This document shows positions 7,701 through 15,954 of a stretch of 27,811 bases of DNA, piece after piece. The stretch covers positions 1 through 27,811 of the IMG/VR virus record IMGVR_UViG_3300033076_001166. The stretch is one strand, 5' to 3'. Source of the stretch: a virus (Duplodnaviria; Caudoviricetes). Every line of letters begins with the position of its first letter. The first letter of the stretch is position 1. The notes beneath the pieces are model-generated. The model did no database searches. It worked only from the letters and a program-made list of their open reading frames with translations, and was not told where the DNA came from. A program made the position numbers and the translations under genes.

Positions 7701-9585
7701 AATGTTGGTAAGAACTTGACATATTTCCACCATTTAATGTAGTATATGAACCAGTACCAACTTTGTAAGCAAATGAATTTAATGTAAATGAATATTGAGC
7801 TAAACTATTTGAAACATTATTAGCTGCTCCATTGTAATAATTTCCATTTCCCCAACTAGCAGATAAATTTATAGATGTTGAACTAATTTTATATTGAGTT
7901 GTAAAACTTTTAGTTAAATTATAACCATTGCCATCTTTTAAAGATATTACATGCGTAGCAGTTCCATCATTAACATTAGTACATGGGTTATTTACAACTA
8001 CTCTGACTATATTCGAAGATGGTTTACTAATACTAGCACTAACAGTTCCACCCGTTGTAACAGCCGTTATAGATGGTGTATTATATCCGGTATCAGCAAC
8101 TCCTCCAATAGTAACACTTCCATCAAAAGACCTATTTCCACCTGTTAATAAATTGGTTTGATTATCCATATTTATTATTCCTTTTTGCGGAACTAACACT
8201 TCATTCGATTCAACCCAAGAAGATACCGCATCAAATGCTTCGGATGAATAAGTTCTTCTAACTCTTACTCTTATTTGAACATATTGTGCATTTGCTGTTT
8301 TTCCAGCAAATGATTGAGAGGATAGTGAATTGCTTGATGTATTACCAGTTGATGACCAAGCCGTATAACTTCCACCCGCATCTTTACTTCTAACTTCCCA
8401 ATCATAAGTTCTTGAACCATACGATGCAGCTACTACACCATCCCAACTAGCGGCCCAAGTTTCTGTATTAGTTGTGTATGAAATGGATACATTTGAAGTT
8501 GGTGAAACTTGAACAGTTGTAGTAGATGTAGTATGATTTCTAACTGAAGCATTATCTGCAGAACTTATATTCACTCTATGGGTTTTACTACCCAATGAAG
8601 TATAGTATACTATTGGGTCAGCATTTGTAGATGAATAGCCAAATTTATAACCAGTACCACTCGCTACATTCCACACATATGAAATGGTTAAAGATTGAAC
8701 ATTGTAATTAACAGTTGAATCCAATGTATAATCCACATATGGTTCACTAACAGATGCATTAGAAATACTAACAGATATAGGTCTTCGCATTATTGGTAAA
8801 CCCGTTCCATTTGCACTATCAGCGGTTGGTGTATTTGAATCCGTTACAACCAATGTTATTTGTGTATCATTTATAGTAGATGCGTTGTTAAAGGAATATG
8901 GATTACTAGAACTTGCCCCACTATTCCAATTATAATTATATGGTGAAACACCTCCAGCAACACTTGCATTGAATGAAATGGAACCAGTTGTATAATTATA
9001 CGAAGTAGCTCCTGTTAAAGATGGTGTTTGTGTTATAGATGTTATTGTTAAATCTAAAGGATATACATAAACAGTCTTACTATCGTTAGCCGTTTTGGTT
9101 GATGAATTTATATTTAAAACTAGCTTTAAAGTATTGATAGAATTAGGAACAATATACGAATTAGCCACATCAATATAAATACCATTTGAGAGAGTAGTAT
9201 TACCATTTATGTTATAATATTCGCCCGTATCAGAGCCATTTACATATATTTTTAATACACCGGTTTCACCAGATAACATTCCTGATATGGAATATTGCCA
9301 AGTAATTTTTTTACCACTATATGTATCGGATGTATCCGGACTAGCTATTGTTACAATCGTAACCGTTGGAATTTTTCCATCGAATTCTATAAATTCATAT
9401 TGCTGACCATAAGGTCTTGCTGATGTTCCTGTCAATGTTCCAGGCGTATCGGGTAAATCTCTAATACCTGCTCCAATAGAACCAGTTAAAAAGGCAGTTG
9501 CAACATATGAGCCACTAATGGTGGTAGTTGCAGTATTTAATCCCGCCGATGTACCTAAATCACCTATTTTAATGTTACTTGCCAT
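4732..9585 (-). CDS. Large Ser/Thr/Gly/Tyr-rich virion or fibre-like protein (Ig/PKD/FN3-like beta modules) with a C-terminal Hint autoprocessing domain
   Basis: 1617 aa. GGVSPYNYNW (SprB/PKD-like) and FN3-like ASWDG...YDWEVRSK...YVQIRVRVR...SSWVES. Ends with GGG|CLVYGTKV...TFEHP...ILVHN-AAPTK. Overlaps the fibre gene by 11 nt. Confidence 0.75.
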   Translation of the reverse strand: MASNIKIGDLGTSAGLNTATTTISGSYVATAFLTGSIGAGIRDLPDTPGTLTGTSARPYGQQYEFIEFDGKIPTVTIVTIASPDTSDTYSGKKITWQYSISGMLSGETGVLKIYVNGSDTGEYYNINGNTTLSNGIYIDVANSYIVPNSINTLKLVLNINSSTKTANDSKTVYVYPLDLTITSITQTPSLTGATSYNYTTGSISFNASVAGGVSPYNYNWNSGASSSNPYSFNNASTINDTQITLVVTDSNTPTADSANGTGLPIMRRPISVSISNASVSEPYVDYTLDSTVNYNVQSLTISYVWNVASGTGYKFGYSSTNADPIVYYTSLGSKTHRVNISSADNASVRNHTTSTTTVQVSPTSNVSISYTTNTETWAASWDGVVAASYGSRTYDWEVRSKDAGGSYTAWSSTGNTSSNSLSSQSFAGKTANAQYVQIRVRVRRTYSSEAFDAVSSWVESNEVLVPQKGIINMDNQTNLLTGGNRSFDGSVTIGGVADTGYNTPSITAVTTGGTVSASISKPSSNIVRVVVNNPCTNVNDGTATHVISLKDGNGYNLTKSFTTQYKISSTSINLSASWGNGNYYNGAANNVSNSLAQYSFTLNSFAYKVGTGSYTTLNGGNMSSSYQHSYTAPTSDQTWTYRIVASGGTYTTSDTTETAITVYGYPNQSYGYSIAGVPSSGTLSQVGSVVARISRSSGNFTKISVNSYYVTRPTGTDVSPAGIAEASISDSATSFDSATFSLYDSAECGNSVVGYAAIQAYLKYAIDGSNYYLHQLIGSSITVSNEPASLTSTLSSGIVSTYAIRGNNIIHNVEYISYGPPIGGYYDLAGSTYDNYAFAYLSQNTNPASFSGTTVNDETAPVSTALGYYGISTNSTYCRKTRTVSFGYVPTAADVGTTKTLTFYAREYRINETYSSGEGMHFYDFFFNGDETTLSSSKSYVVRGKRLTPASCSWSVTIYVYKGTSEIQLGLGSGTLTGPDGSIDYYNGNLDALTYTFQRYNGSSWVDMGSSYDPGTFGTTLIRVKFTDTWGNEFTSAQQSATTQDYDYTFDLYNENGAPTVYGYIGPSQTSPPVIINPGSVSNYTSTTFSTGTSITIDNMTVNDVVVASEHVVSGMDSKGTYSTFPGAYTTIDVSVTAGSTPTFGMFRTFNYLLSNGSYVEGTVDFVGSPYSGISALTKKSFQMFNSDDTTGNNTYSGGSGNWKLMALLRAPSVYGATATYTLHGQKASNNTQQPTNYYIVLRTRSATNVVNRTTATGQCGGIYIEYTTGQLDTAYRLTVQESTDNSTFTDTAYTYAGIAANTMYNAFITVSGTSTKYYRVRLLDSGGTVLVTGTTYSYSNYAAGSAGTYSFISINPTCSSFTYRVDRGASNDSNTNSYYTIQWFSTDGYGTVIMELASATNRVYNTNYSFSLAGFECDIPVIARITPYSVSGCEGTSGDSAPIVHKSDAINTNCACAAGGGCLVYGTKVLMYDGSYKNVEDLEIGDIVKSLSINGLAAGSELAWKTFETSEFIYEEGLSIIYNIQDDTFNQYYLINNNLKATFEHPIFIKRNDVCMFVMAENLVIGDYLFKSNNEFEVITSIDIIDDIIQTININIEENDVYFGNDILVHNAAPTK
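4750..5199 (-). other. Hint (intein/BIL-like) domain, 150 aa, no homing endonuclease
   Basis: Block A CLVYGTKVLMYDGSYKNVEDLEIGD, block B KATFEHPIF, block F/G ININIEENDVYFGNDILVHN. The +1 residue is Ala and only 5 aa follow. Confidence 0.88.
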
Positions 9586-12500
9586 TTTCTAAAACCTTTT
9601 TTACATCTTCTAATTCTTTTTTCAAATTTTGAATTTGTTTAACCATTACGGGAATTAATTCATTATAGTTTATAGTTAAATATTCTCCCATAATTTTTGT
9701 TTCAGTTAAATGTGGATATATTTTTTGTACATCTTGAGCAATAAATCCATAATGTTTTTTATTGGTTTTATCATCTTTCCAACTATATGTAACGGGGTGT
9801 AATTTATCAATATCTTCTATTTCCGATTCATCTATATCAACTATATCTTTCTTTAATCTTATATCAGAAGAAAGAGCAGTTGAAAAACCAGCAATATCAC
9901 CTTTAACATGCATTTCACCATAATGTGCAAGATAACCTGCTGATTTTATATTAAAATTAGATACAGATGGTGTACCTACATCGGATACTCTAAAGTAATT
10001 ACCAGCGGATGAATCAGTTGCATTAAATACAGCTTGCATACCTACCTCTGATAATTCAACCTGCTTAGTTAAAGCACTAGCCGTTAAAGATATTGTTTTT
10101 GCACTATATGTTACCGATGATGGTGTACTAACATAGTTATCTTCAGATTCTGCCCAAATTGCATATCCGGAATAATTTGTTGTAGTTCCACCATATCCAC
10201 TAAAATCTATATTATAATAACCGGCTCTCCAAGTAACCCTAGTATATATAGTTGATAATGTATTAGATTTTGTTATTGCAAATGAAGGACCTGTTGTTCC
10301 ATTTCCTGTTGAATTTATATTATATGTAACCTCTGCTAATTCCTCACTTGTAATTTGAGAACTAGGAGTAAATGTTGAAATTGTTGTATTATATGCAGTT
10401 CCTTTATAACTCATTGTAGAGTTAACTCCAATTGAACCATTCATATACCCTAAAGCGGTTACAGTTGTCCAACTACCTCCGGCGGCGGCCATTTGAGCAA
10501 TTGTTGAATAACTTTGACCAGTAGCTGCATACAATTCTGTAAAGAAATCTTGTACTGCATCCGTATCAGCATTTGGTATCCATCCTCTTGCTGGAATAGC
10601 ATCATTTAAATTAACAGTACCACCACTTATCAAAGTATGCCAAGCAGTATCACCTGCAGCATTATTTATACTATAATAAGAACGAGTTGTATTTACGCCT
10701 AAAACTTGGGTAACAGGAACCGATTCATATGCAACATCTATTTTAAATTTAAGTTTAACTACTAAATTATATGTAGCTGAAGTACCAAGAGATGTTACAG
10801 TTTGAGATGAAGTTCCCATTGTAGCGGTTGTAGATGAATTACCAGCATATATCGTATTTGCAGATGAAATATCTACATATGATGATGCGTTAGTAGCTGC
10901 AATGGAACTACCACCACCTGTTAACGATGTTAAATCACCAGGATGTATAAAAACACGGTTACCAGCGTATGAACCTGCAGAATCTCCTGTAATTTGTATG
11001 TAATTATCTGCTCCAGTTCCTCCTGCATATAACTGAACTCTATCTTTTGAAATACTATTTTGAGATATAACCCATCCACCAATAGTACCCAATGTAGATG
11101 TTATTTTGCCAGATACATCGGCATCCGATGCTTTTAATTGTCCATTTAAATTTACACTAAAAGGTGCAGAACCAAATGAAGTATTACCAGCGTAAAATCC
11201 TGCGGGAGATATTCTTGCCGATGAATTTGTAGATGAATTACCAACAATTATAGTAGAACTATTACCATTTAATTGAATACCAGATGCGGTACTACCTGCT
11301 TGTAATAAATTACCTTGTATTTCAAATCCACCAATAGAACCAGTTTGCGCTGTTAATGATGTTGCTGAAATTCTACCCCCAATATCTACTACATTTGTGG
11401 CATTCGCATCATATTTAAAATAATTACTACCACTAACAAAACTTACTTTTGGAGTTGTTGCGCTTACAATACCTAACCAAATACCATTGTTACCATATCC
11501 TTGAGTTCCTTGTCCAATTGAAAGATATGGAGAAGTTGTGCCTCCTGCTAATGTTATATTTGCAGCAGAACCTGCTGAATTTGTACCTACATTAAGAGTG
11601 TTTTTTACATATGATTCATCAAATATTGCTATTTTAGCGGCAACAAAGAAGTCTTGCGTTCCTAAATATTCCCAATAAGAATTACTACTTCCATCTGTTG
11701 GAGCATTTCCGGTTGTTTGTTGTAATGTTGCATAATATTTTGTAACACCACCTGAACTTTGATAAACTGCATCTCTTCTTGATGAACCAGCCACAGTTGT
11801 GTAATAATATGTAGTTCCTGCTGCATATTCACCTCTAAGTACAATTCCAGGACCCGTTGCTCCCGTTGCACCATTTGTACCATCCGATGCAACATTTACA
11901 TTATGTGTTTTAAAAAATGTAGTAGAGCTTCCTTCCGAATCTACATATGAACCCGTTATACTAACTACTAATCCAGAAGTTGATGATGGAGTAGTGGGTG
12001 TAATTGTTGCATATGTATCTAAATCAGTAGCCGATACCGACCCATTTGTAACATTTGTAATTCTGAATGTAGAATTTGAAATAGGAGATGTTGCATCGTA
12101 TGTATACGCACTACCACCTTCTGCTACATACAATTTAAATGAAGATGGGCTTGAATATGAATTTGAATTATTTTTAGTAACTGTTTGTCCATCTTTTTCA
12201 ATTGATACAACAACCGCCGGTGCTGAAGCTAATGCTTTTGAAACAGTGGCTATCACATTTTTAGTTCCGGATGTTCCTTCACTATCCGTATAATTTACAG
12301 GAATAGTTACTTGTGCATTAGAACCAGTTATAGTCGATGCAGTAGATGTTATTGTTATTACATTCGATGAAATACTTCCCGTTAAGCCATTTGTATATGT
12401 AGGAGAACCTATTGAAGTAAATCGATTTGTACCAGCTTCCAAAGCAGTTACAGTCAAAGCCGATGGAGTTGCTGAACCACTTGTTCTTGAATTCGCAGGA

Positions 12501-15500
12501 ATAGATTGTGCGGATGGAGTAACAGCTACTAAAACATTTGGTGTTCCAAATTTTGCTTTAGAGTATGTTACTGATTTTACAAAATTACTATCAGTACCTC
12601 TACCATCTCTATATGTAACTTTTAAATCAATACTACCACTATCTGCTGATAAAGCTGTAATAGAATAATTGTTATTTGTTAATACTGCCGTTACATTAGA
12701 AGAAGATGAAATACTTGCACTAAATTTATTGTTTCCAATTGTAGATGCATATGATATATCTTCGCTACCAACTTTTACCGAAATAGAACCACTACTTGCC
12801 AAAAACCCACCAAACACAGTTCCACCTGAATAAGCTGGAAATGTTGTATTTTCATTTGATACATTTACGGCTATTTGTGATTCAGCTATAACGGGAGTTA
12901 TAGTAATTGTATCTGTATATCCATCAAAGTTTAAATCTTCTGCAAAAAATGTATATGTAGTTGCTCCAGCTGAATATGGATAATCACTACCATTTATACT
13001 ATATGATTGTACTCCAGTAGTTCCATTGTTAGAACCAATAGTTAATTGAGGTTTACCACTACCACTCGTTACAGTTATTGCATTTGTTGTACTCCCTAAA
13101 TTATTTCTTTTTACATCTATTGTTATAGTTTGACCAGATGGAGATAAACTAACATCTGTCATTTTATAAAAAAACTGATTTGCGTTAGAAACTGCGTTTA
13201 AATTTTTACTCTTATCCCCCTTTAATACACCTTCCAATTGTACAGATGAACTAAATCCATCTTGTGTAAATATATAAGTTCCTTTATGGATATCCGAAGT
13301 TGGAGTATTATATGACCAAGATGCGGCATTTGTACCAAGCATAGCAACATCGCTTTCATCATCTCCACTATAAATTCTATAAACCGATTCTGTATAATAT
13401 CCTATTTGATTTGTAGTTACTTTTTGTAATTTTGGTAAATATGAACCAGATGTAATTTCCAAAGTTCCTTCAAAAATATTAGATGATAATTTTATATCAA
13501 TATAATCATTATTTTGAGCGGGTACATTATGATTATCAGGGTCATATACAAATTGATTCTTATTAGCTAATGCTAAAAATGTTCTACCATCTAACCCATC
13601 TACACCATTACCACCTTGGTCTACTCTATAAATGTTTACCAAATCTCTCACATCTTCGCAAGATGCAGTGTATAATACTCTTGTAACTTTTGGAACAGCC
13701 CTTGAACCTGTAAAATTAGCTACCGTTAATGCGGCTGATGTTTCGGTTACATTAGTTAATAATCCAGGATAAAATGGCTCTGAACTATATAATGATGGTT
13801 CTATATAATTTCCATTCTCATCAAATGCCGATGAATAAAATGTAGTAGAACCTGTTAATCCTACTTTTGTAATATCAAAATTTATAGTAGATTGCCCTAC
13901 AGATTGTCCTGAACCAGAAAAACTAAATAATGTGCCATCCGGTACAACAGTTATACTTTTTTTAACAATTAAATCATTACCACCCGTAAAAGTGAATTCT
14001 TGATTCAGACTTACAGGCACATAATTGTTATTTATATCATAAAATTCAAACTTAAAATCAAATGTATCGTTTTGAACTTTTGTTGGAACAGAAACATTTA
14101 AAGTTATTTCATTTGGTGAAAAACTACTTTCAGATGCGGCTCTTAAACTTATATTTGATAAATGCCAATTACCTTGATAATTTGCGAATATAATTTCACC
14201 TGTGCCCGTATTATCAGCTTTAAAATTTATTTGTTGTTTATCAAACTTCTGAAATGTTTTTGTAGATGATACTTCTCCAATCATTTTACCAGATTCCAAA
14301 TCACCATCATTATCGGAATCCAAATTAACAAACGCATTTCCTACTACATAAATCTCTAAAGATGCGGTATCAAAAAATGATGATGATAATAGAGGAGTAA
14401 AATCTAATTGATATTCGGTATCTTTTGTAAAATTTATTGGTAGTTTATAACCAAAAAACTTCTGATTATGATTTGTTGTATTTAATACACCGGCATCTTC
14501 TAATTTTACAGAAGATGCTAAAATTGTATTATCAACAACTATTGGATTTTCTGTAAGTGTACCATATGTTTTATAAAACCAAAAATCATTTAGCAATCTA
14601 GTAGATGAAAATTGACCGGTTCTAACAGCAATACTACCACTATAAGAATCCGTTTCCAATAATTCATTTGATTCTAATTGTATATCTTCTAATAAAGTGT
14701 AATTACCAATATCCGCCTTTCTACTTGCATATATTTTCAATCGATTCACATCACCACTAAAAGCTTCTAAATCGGTTAACTTAATTTTTGCAAAAGATGA
14801 ACTTACAGAAGAATTGGTAAGAGTAACACTCTCATTATATGTCAACTCAAAAGAAGCTGAATTAAATTCAGTTACCGATTGAATTGTATTTATAGATGAA
14901 GTTTCGTAGTATGGTATAGTTGCATATGCTCTATTTGAAGTTATTACATCTTTTATTGTAGTAGAATATGATTGATTCAAATCATTAATCGTAATTGTTT
15001 CTCCTTCCATTGAGGAAGAAAAATTACTACCACTAATTCTCAATTCATATAAAGTATCACCTTTGAATGTTTTAAAATTACTACCAGCTATTGGATTAAC
15101 AGCTACACCATCCACACTACCGCTTATAGTTACTCTATTTACAGTTCTATTGTAGATTGGTAAAATGGTTTCTTGTATGTTTACTTTAGGTCTACGATAG
15201 AAACGAATTTTTGTAGTATTTTGTAATAAAGGATTTACATTAACTTGTGTTTGCCATCTAACATTATATGTTCCTTCCCAATTTAATGGTACAGGAGTTA
15301 AAGCTCCATTATTTGTATAATATTCTTTTAATTCTCCTAAAATTGTTATAGTACATGGACCAAATGATGTATCTGGATAGATGTAAACAGCTACAACCTT
15401 CGATGTACCTTCATAATATTCGGGTATACCTTCACCTGGCTCGTGATAAATGATATTACCTTGAGAATCCTTTATTTGTATTTTAATAAGACTATCTGCA

Positions 15501-15664
15501 ACCAATTCAGGTGAACCTTGAATTAAAAAAGCGTTTTTACCACCTGTAAACACATCAGGTAATTCCGTTATTTTAAAATAATTACTAAAAGGAGCAGTAT
15601 CTTCAACTAATACATTGTATGTCTCTAATTTTTCATCAAATAGAGTTTTTTTAAGTAAAGCCAT
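9575..15664 (-). CDS. Giant tail fibre/spike protein with a C-terminal peptidase S74 intramolecular chaperone
   Basis: 2029 aa. C-terminus SSDIRLKKDI...LHPVTYSWK...YGFIAQDVQKIYP...INYNELIPVMVKQIQNL plus coiled coil. Short collagen-like GTNGATGATGPG and GNGVDGLDG stretches, and GxIGGF/GxIGGW fibre repeats. Confidence 0.85.
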   Translation of the reverse strand: MALLKKTLFDEKLETYNVLVEDTAPFSNYFKITELPDVFTGGKNAFLIQGSPELVADSLIKIQIKDSQGNIIYHEPGEGIPEYYEGTSKVVAVYIYPDTSFGPCTITILGELKEYYTNNGALTPVPLNWEGTYNVRWQTQVNVNPLLQNTTKIRFYRRPKVNIQETILPIYNRTVNRVTISGSVDGVAVNPIAGSNFKTFKGDTLYELRISGSNFSSSMEGETITINDLNQSYSTTIKDVITSNRAYATIPYYETSSINTIQSVTEFNSASFELTYNESVTLTNSSVSSSFAKIKLTDLEAFSGDVNRLKIYASRKADIGNYTLLEDIQLESNELLETDSYSGSIAVRTGQFSSTRLLNDFWFYKTYGTLTENPIVVDNTILASSVKLEDAGVLNTTNHNQKFFGYKLPINFTKDTEYQLDFTPLLSSSFFDTASLEIYVVGNAFVNLDSDNDGDLESGKMIGEVSSTKTFQKFDKQQINFKADNTGTGEIIFANYQGNWHLSNISLRAASESSFSPNEITLNVSVPTKVQNDTFDFKFEFYDINNNYVPVSLNQEFTFTGGNDLIVKKSITVVPDGTLFSFSGSGQSVGQSTINFDITKVGLTGSTTFYSSAFDENGNYIEPSLYSSEPFYPGLLTNVTETSAALTVANFTGSRAVPKVTRVLYTASCEDVRDLVNIYRVDQGGNGVDGLDGRTFLALANKNQFVYDPDNHNVPAQNNDYIDIKLSSNIFEGTLEITSGSYLPKLQKVTTNQIGYYTESVYRIYSGDDESDVAMLGTNAASWSYNTPTSDIHKGTYIFTQDGFSSSVQLEGVLKGDKSKNLNAVSNANQFFYKMTDVSLSPSGQTITIDVKRNNLGSTTNAITVTSGSGKPQLTIGSNNGTTGVQSYSINGSDYPYSAGATTYTFFAEDLNFDGYTDTITITPVIAESQIAVNVSNENTTFPAYSGGTVFGGFLASSGSISVKVGSEDISYASTIGNNKFSASISSSSNVTAVLTNNNYSITALSADSGSIDLKVTYRDGRGTDSNFVKSVTYSKAKFGTPNVLVAVTPSAQSIPANSRTSGSATPSALTVTALEAGTNRFTSIGSPTYTNGLTGSISSNVITITSTASTITGSNAQVTIPVNYTDSEGTSGTKNVIATVSKALASAPAVVVSIEKDGQTVTKNNSNSYSSPSSFKLYVAEGGSAYTYDATSPISNSTFRITNVTNGSVSATDLDTYATITPTTPSSTSGLVVSITGSYVDSEGSSTTFFKTHNVNVASDGTNGATGATGPGIVLRGEYAAGTTYYYTTVAGSSRRDAVYQSSGGVTKYYATLQQTTGNAPTDGSSNSYWEYLGTQDFFVAAKIAIFDESYVKNTLNVGTNSAGSAANITLAGGTTSPYLSIGQGTQGYGNNGIWLGIVSATTPKVSFVSGSNYFKYDANATNVVDIGGRISATSLTAQTGSIGGFEIQGNLLQAGSTASGIQLNGNSSTIIVGNSSTNSSARISPAGFYAGNTSFGSAPFSVNLNGQLKASDADVSGKITSTLGTIGGWVISQNSISKDRVQLYAGGTGADNYIQITGDSAGSYAGNRVFIHPGDLTSLTGGGSSIAATNASSYVDISSANTIYAGNSSTTATMGTSSQTVTSLGTSATYNLVVKLKFKIDVAYESVPVTQVLGVNTTRSYYSINNAAGDTAWHTLISGGTVNLNDAIPARGWIPNADTDAVQDFFTELYAATGQSYSTIAQMAAAGGSWTTVTALGYMNGSIGVNSTMSYKGTAYNTTISTFTPSSQITSEELAEVTYNINSTGNGTTGPSFAITKSNTLSTIYTRVTWRAGYYNIDFSGYGGTTTNYSGYAIWAESEDNYVSTPSSVTYSAKTISLTASALTKQVELSEVGMQAVFNATDSSAGNYFRVSDVGTPSVSNFNIKSAGYLAHYGEMHVKGDIAGFSTALSSDIRLKKDIVDIDESEIEDIDKLHPVTYSWKDDKTNKKHYGFIAQDVQKIYPHLTETKIMGEYLTINYNELIPVMVKQIQNLKKELEDVKKVLENGK

Positions 15665-15686
15665 TTATAAAGTTTGTATTGTTTTC

Positions 15687-15695
15687 TATAAATAT
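15687..15695 (-). promoter_or_regulatory. ATATTTATA motif upstream of the fibre operon
   Basis: 22 nt upstream of ATG 15664. Confidence 0.55.
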
Positions 15696-15716
15696 TTCCA
15701 AAAAAATAAACTACAC

Positions 15717-15725
15717 ATATTTATA
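15717..15725 (+). promoter_or_regulatory. ATATTTATA motif upstream of the divergent RHH gene
   Basis: Same motif on the plus strand, oriented toward the plus-strand ORF at 15775 and back-to-back with the 15687 copy. Confidence 0.5.
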
Positions 15726-15730
15726 TTTAG

Positions 15731-15770
15731 AAAACTAACATATACTTTATTAAACTAAAGAAAACTAAAA
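15731..15770 (+). repeat. Four 10-bp-phased direct repeats (aaaACTAaca / tatACTTtat / taaACTAaag / aaaACTAaaa), putative operator
   Basis: ACTA/ACTT cores at 15734, 15744, 15754 and 15764, directly before the RHH start codon. Confidence 0.5.
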
Positions 15771-15774
15771 AGTT

Positions 15775-15954
15775 ATGAAATACGCAATGTTACAAATAAA
15801 AAAAGAAACCCATGAACTTCTCAAAAATTATTGCGAAGAACACGGGTTCAAAATGGGAAGTTTAGTAGAGAACTTAATTAAAAAACACATTGGTGTTCCT
15901 AAACCTCAAGCGGGTGTGTTGAAAGCTGACAAGGTTAGAAGTCAATCTTACTAA
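15775..15954 (+). CDS. Small ribbon-helix-helix (CopG/Arc-like) DNA-binding protein, 59 aa
   Basis: Shorter than any ORF in the track. MKYAMLQIKKETHELLKNYCEEHGFKMGSLVENLIKKHIGVPKPQAGVLKADKVRSQSY*: beta strand (YAMLQI), helix ending in G, second amphipathic helix. It fills the only large intergenic gap. Confidence 0.75.
   Translation: MKYAMLQIKKETHELLKNYCEEHGFKMGSLVENLIKKHIGVPKPQAGVLKADKVRSQSY

Noticed and set aside
11846-11884. Short tandem DNA repeat (cccgttgc twice)
   Set aside because: Explained by the collagen-like GATGATG protein repeat; not a CRISPR array or DGR repeat.
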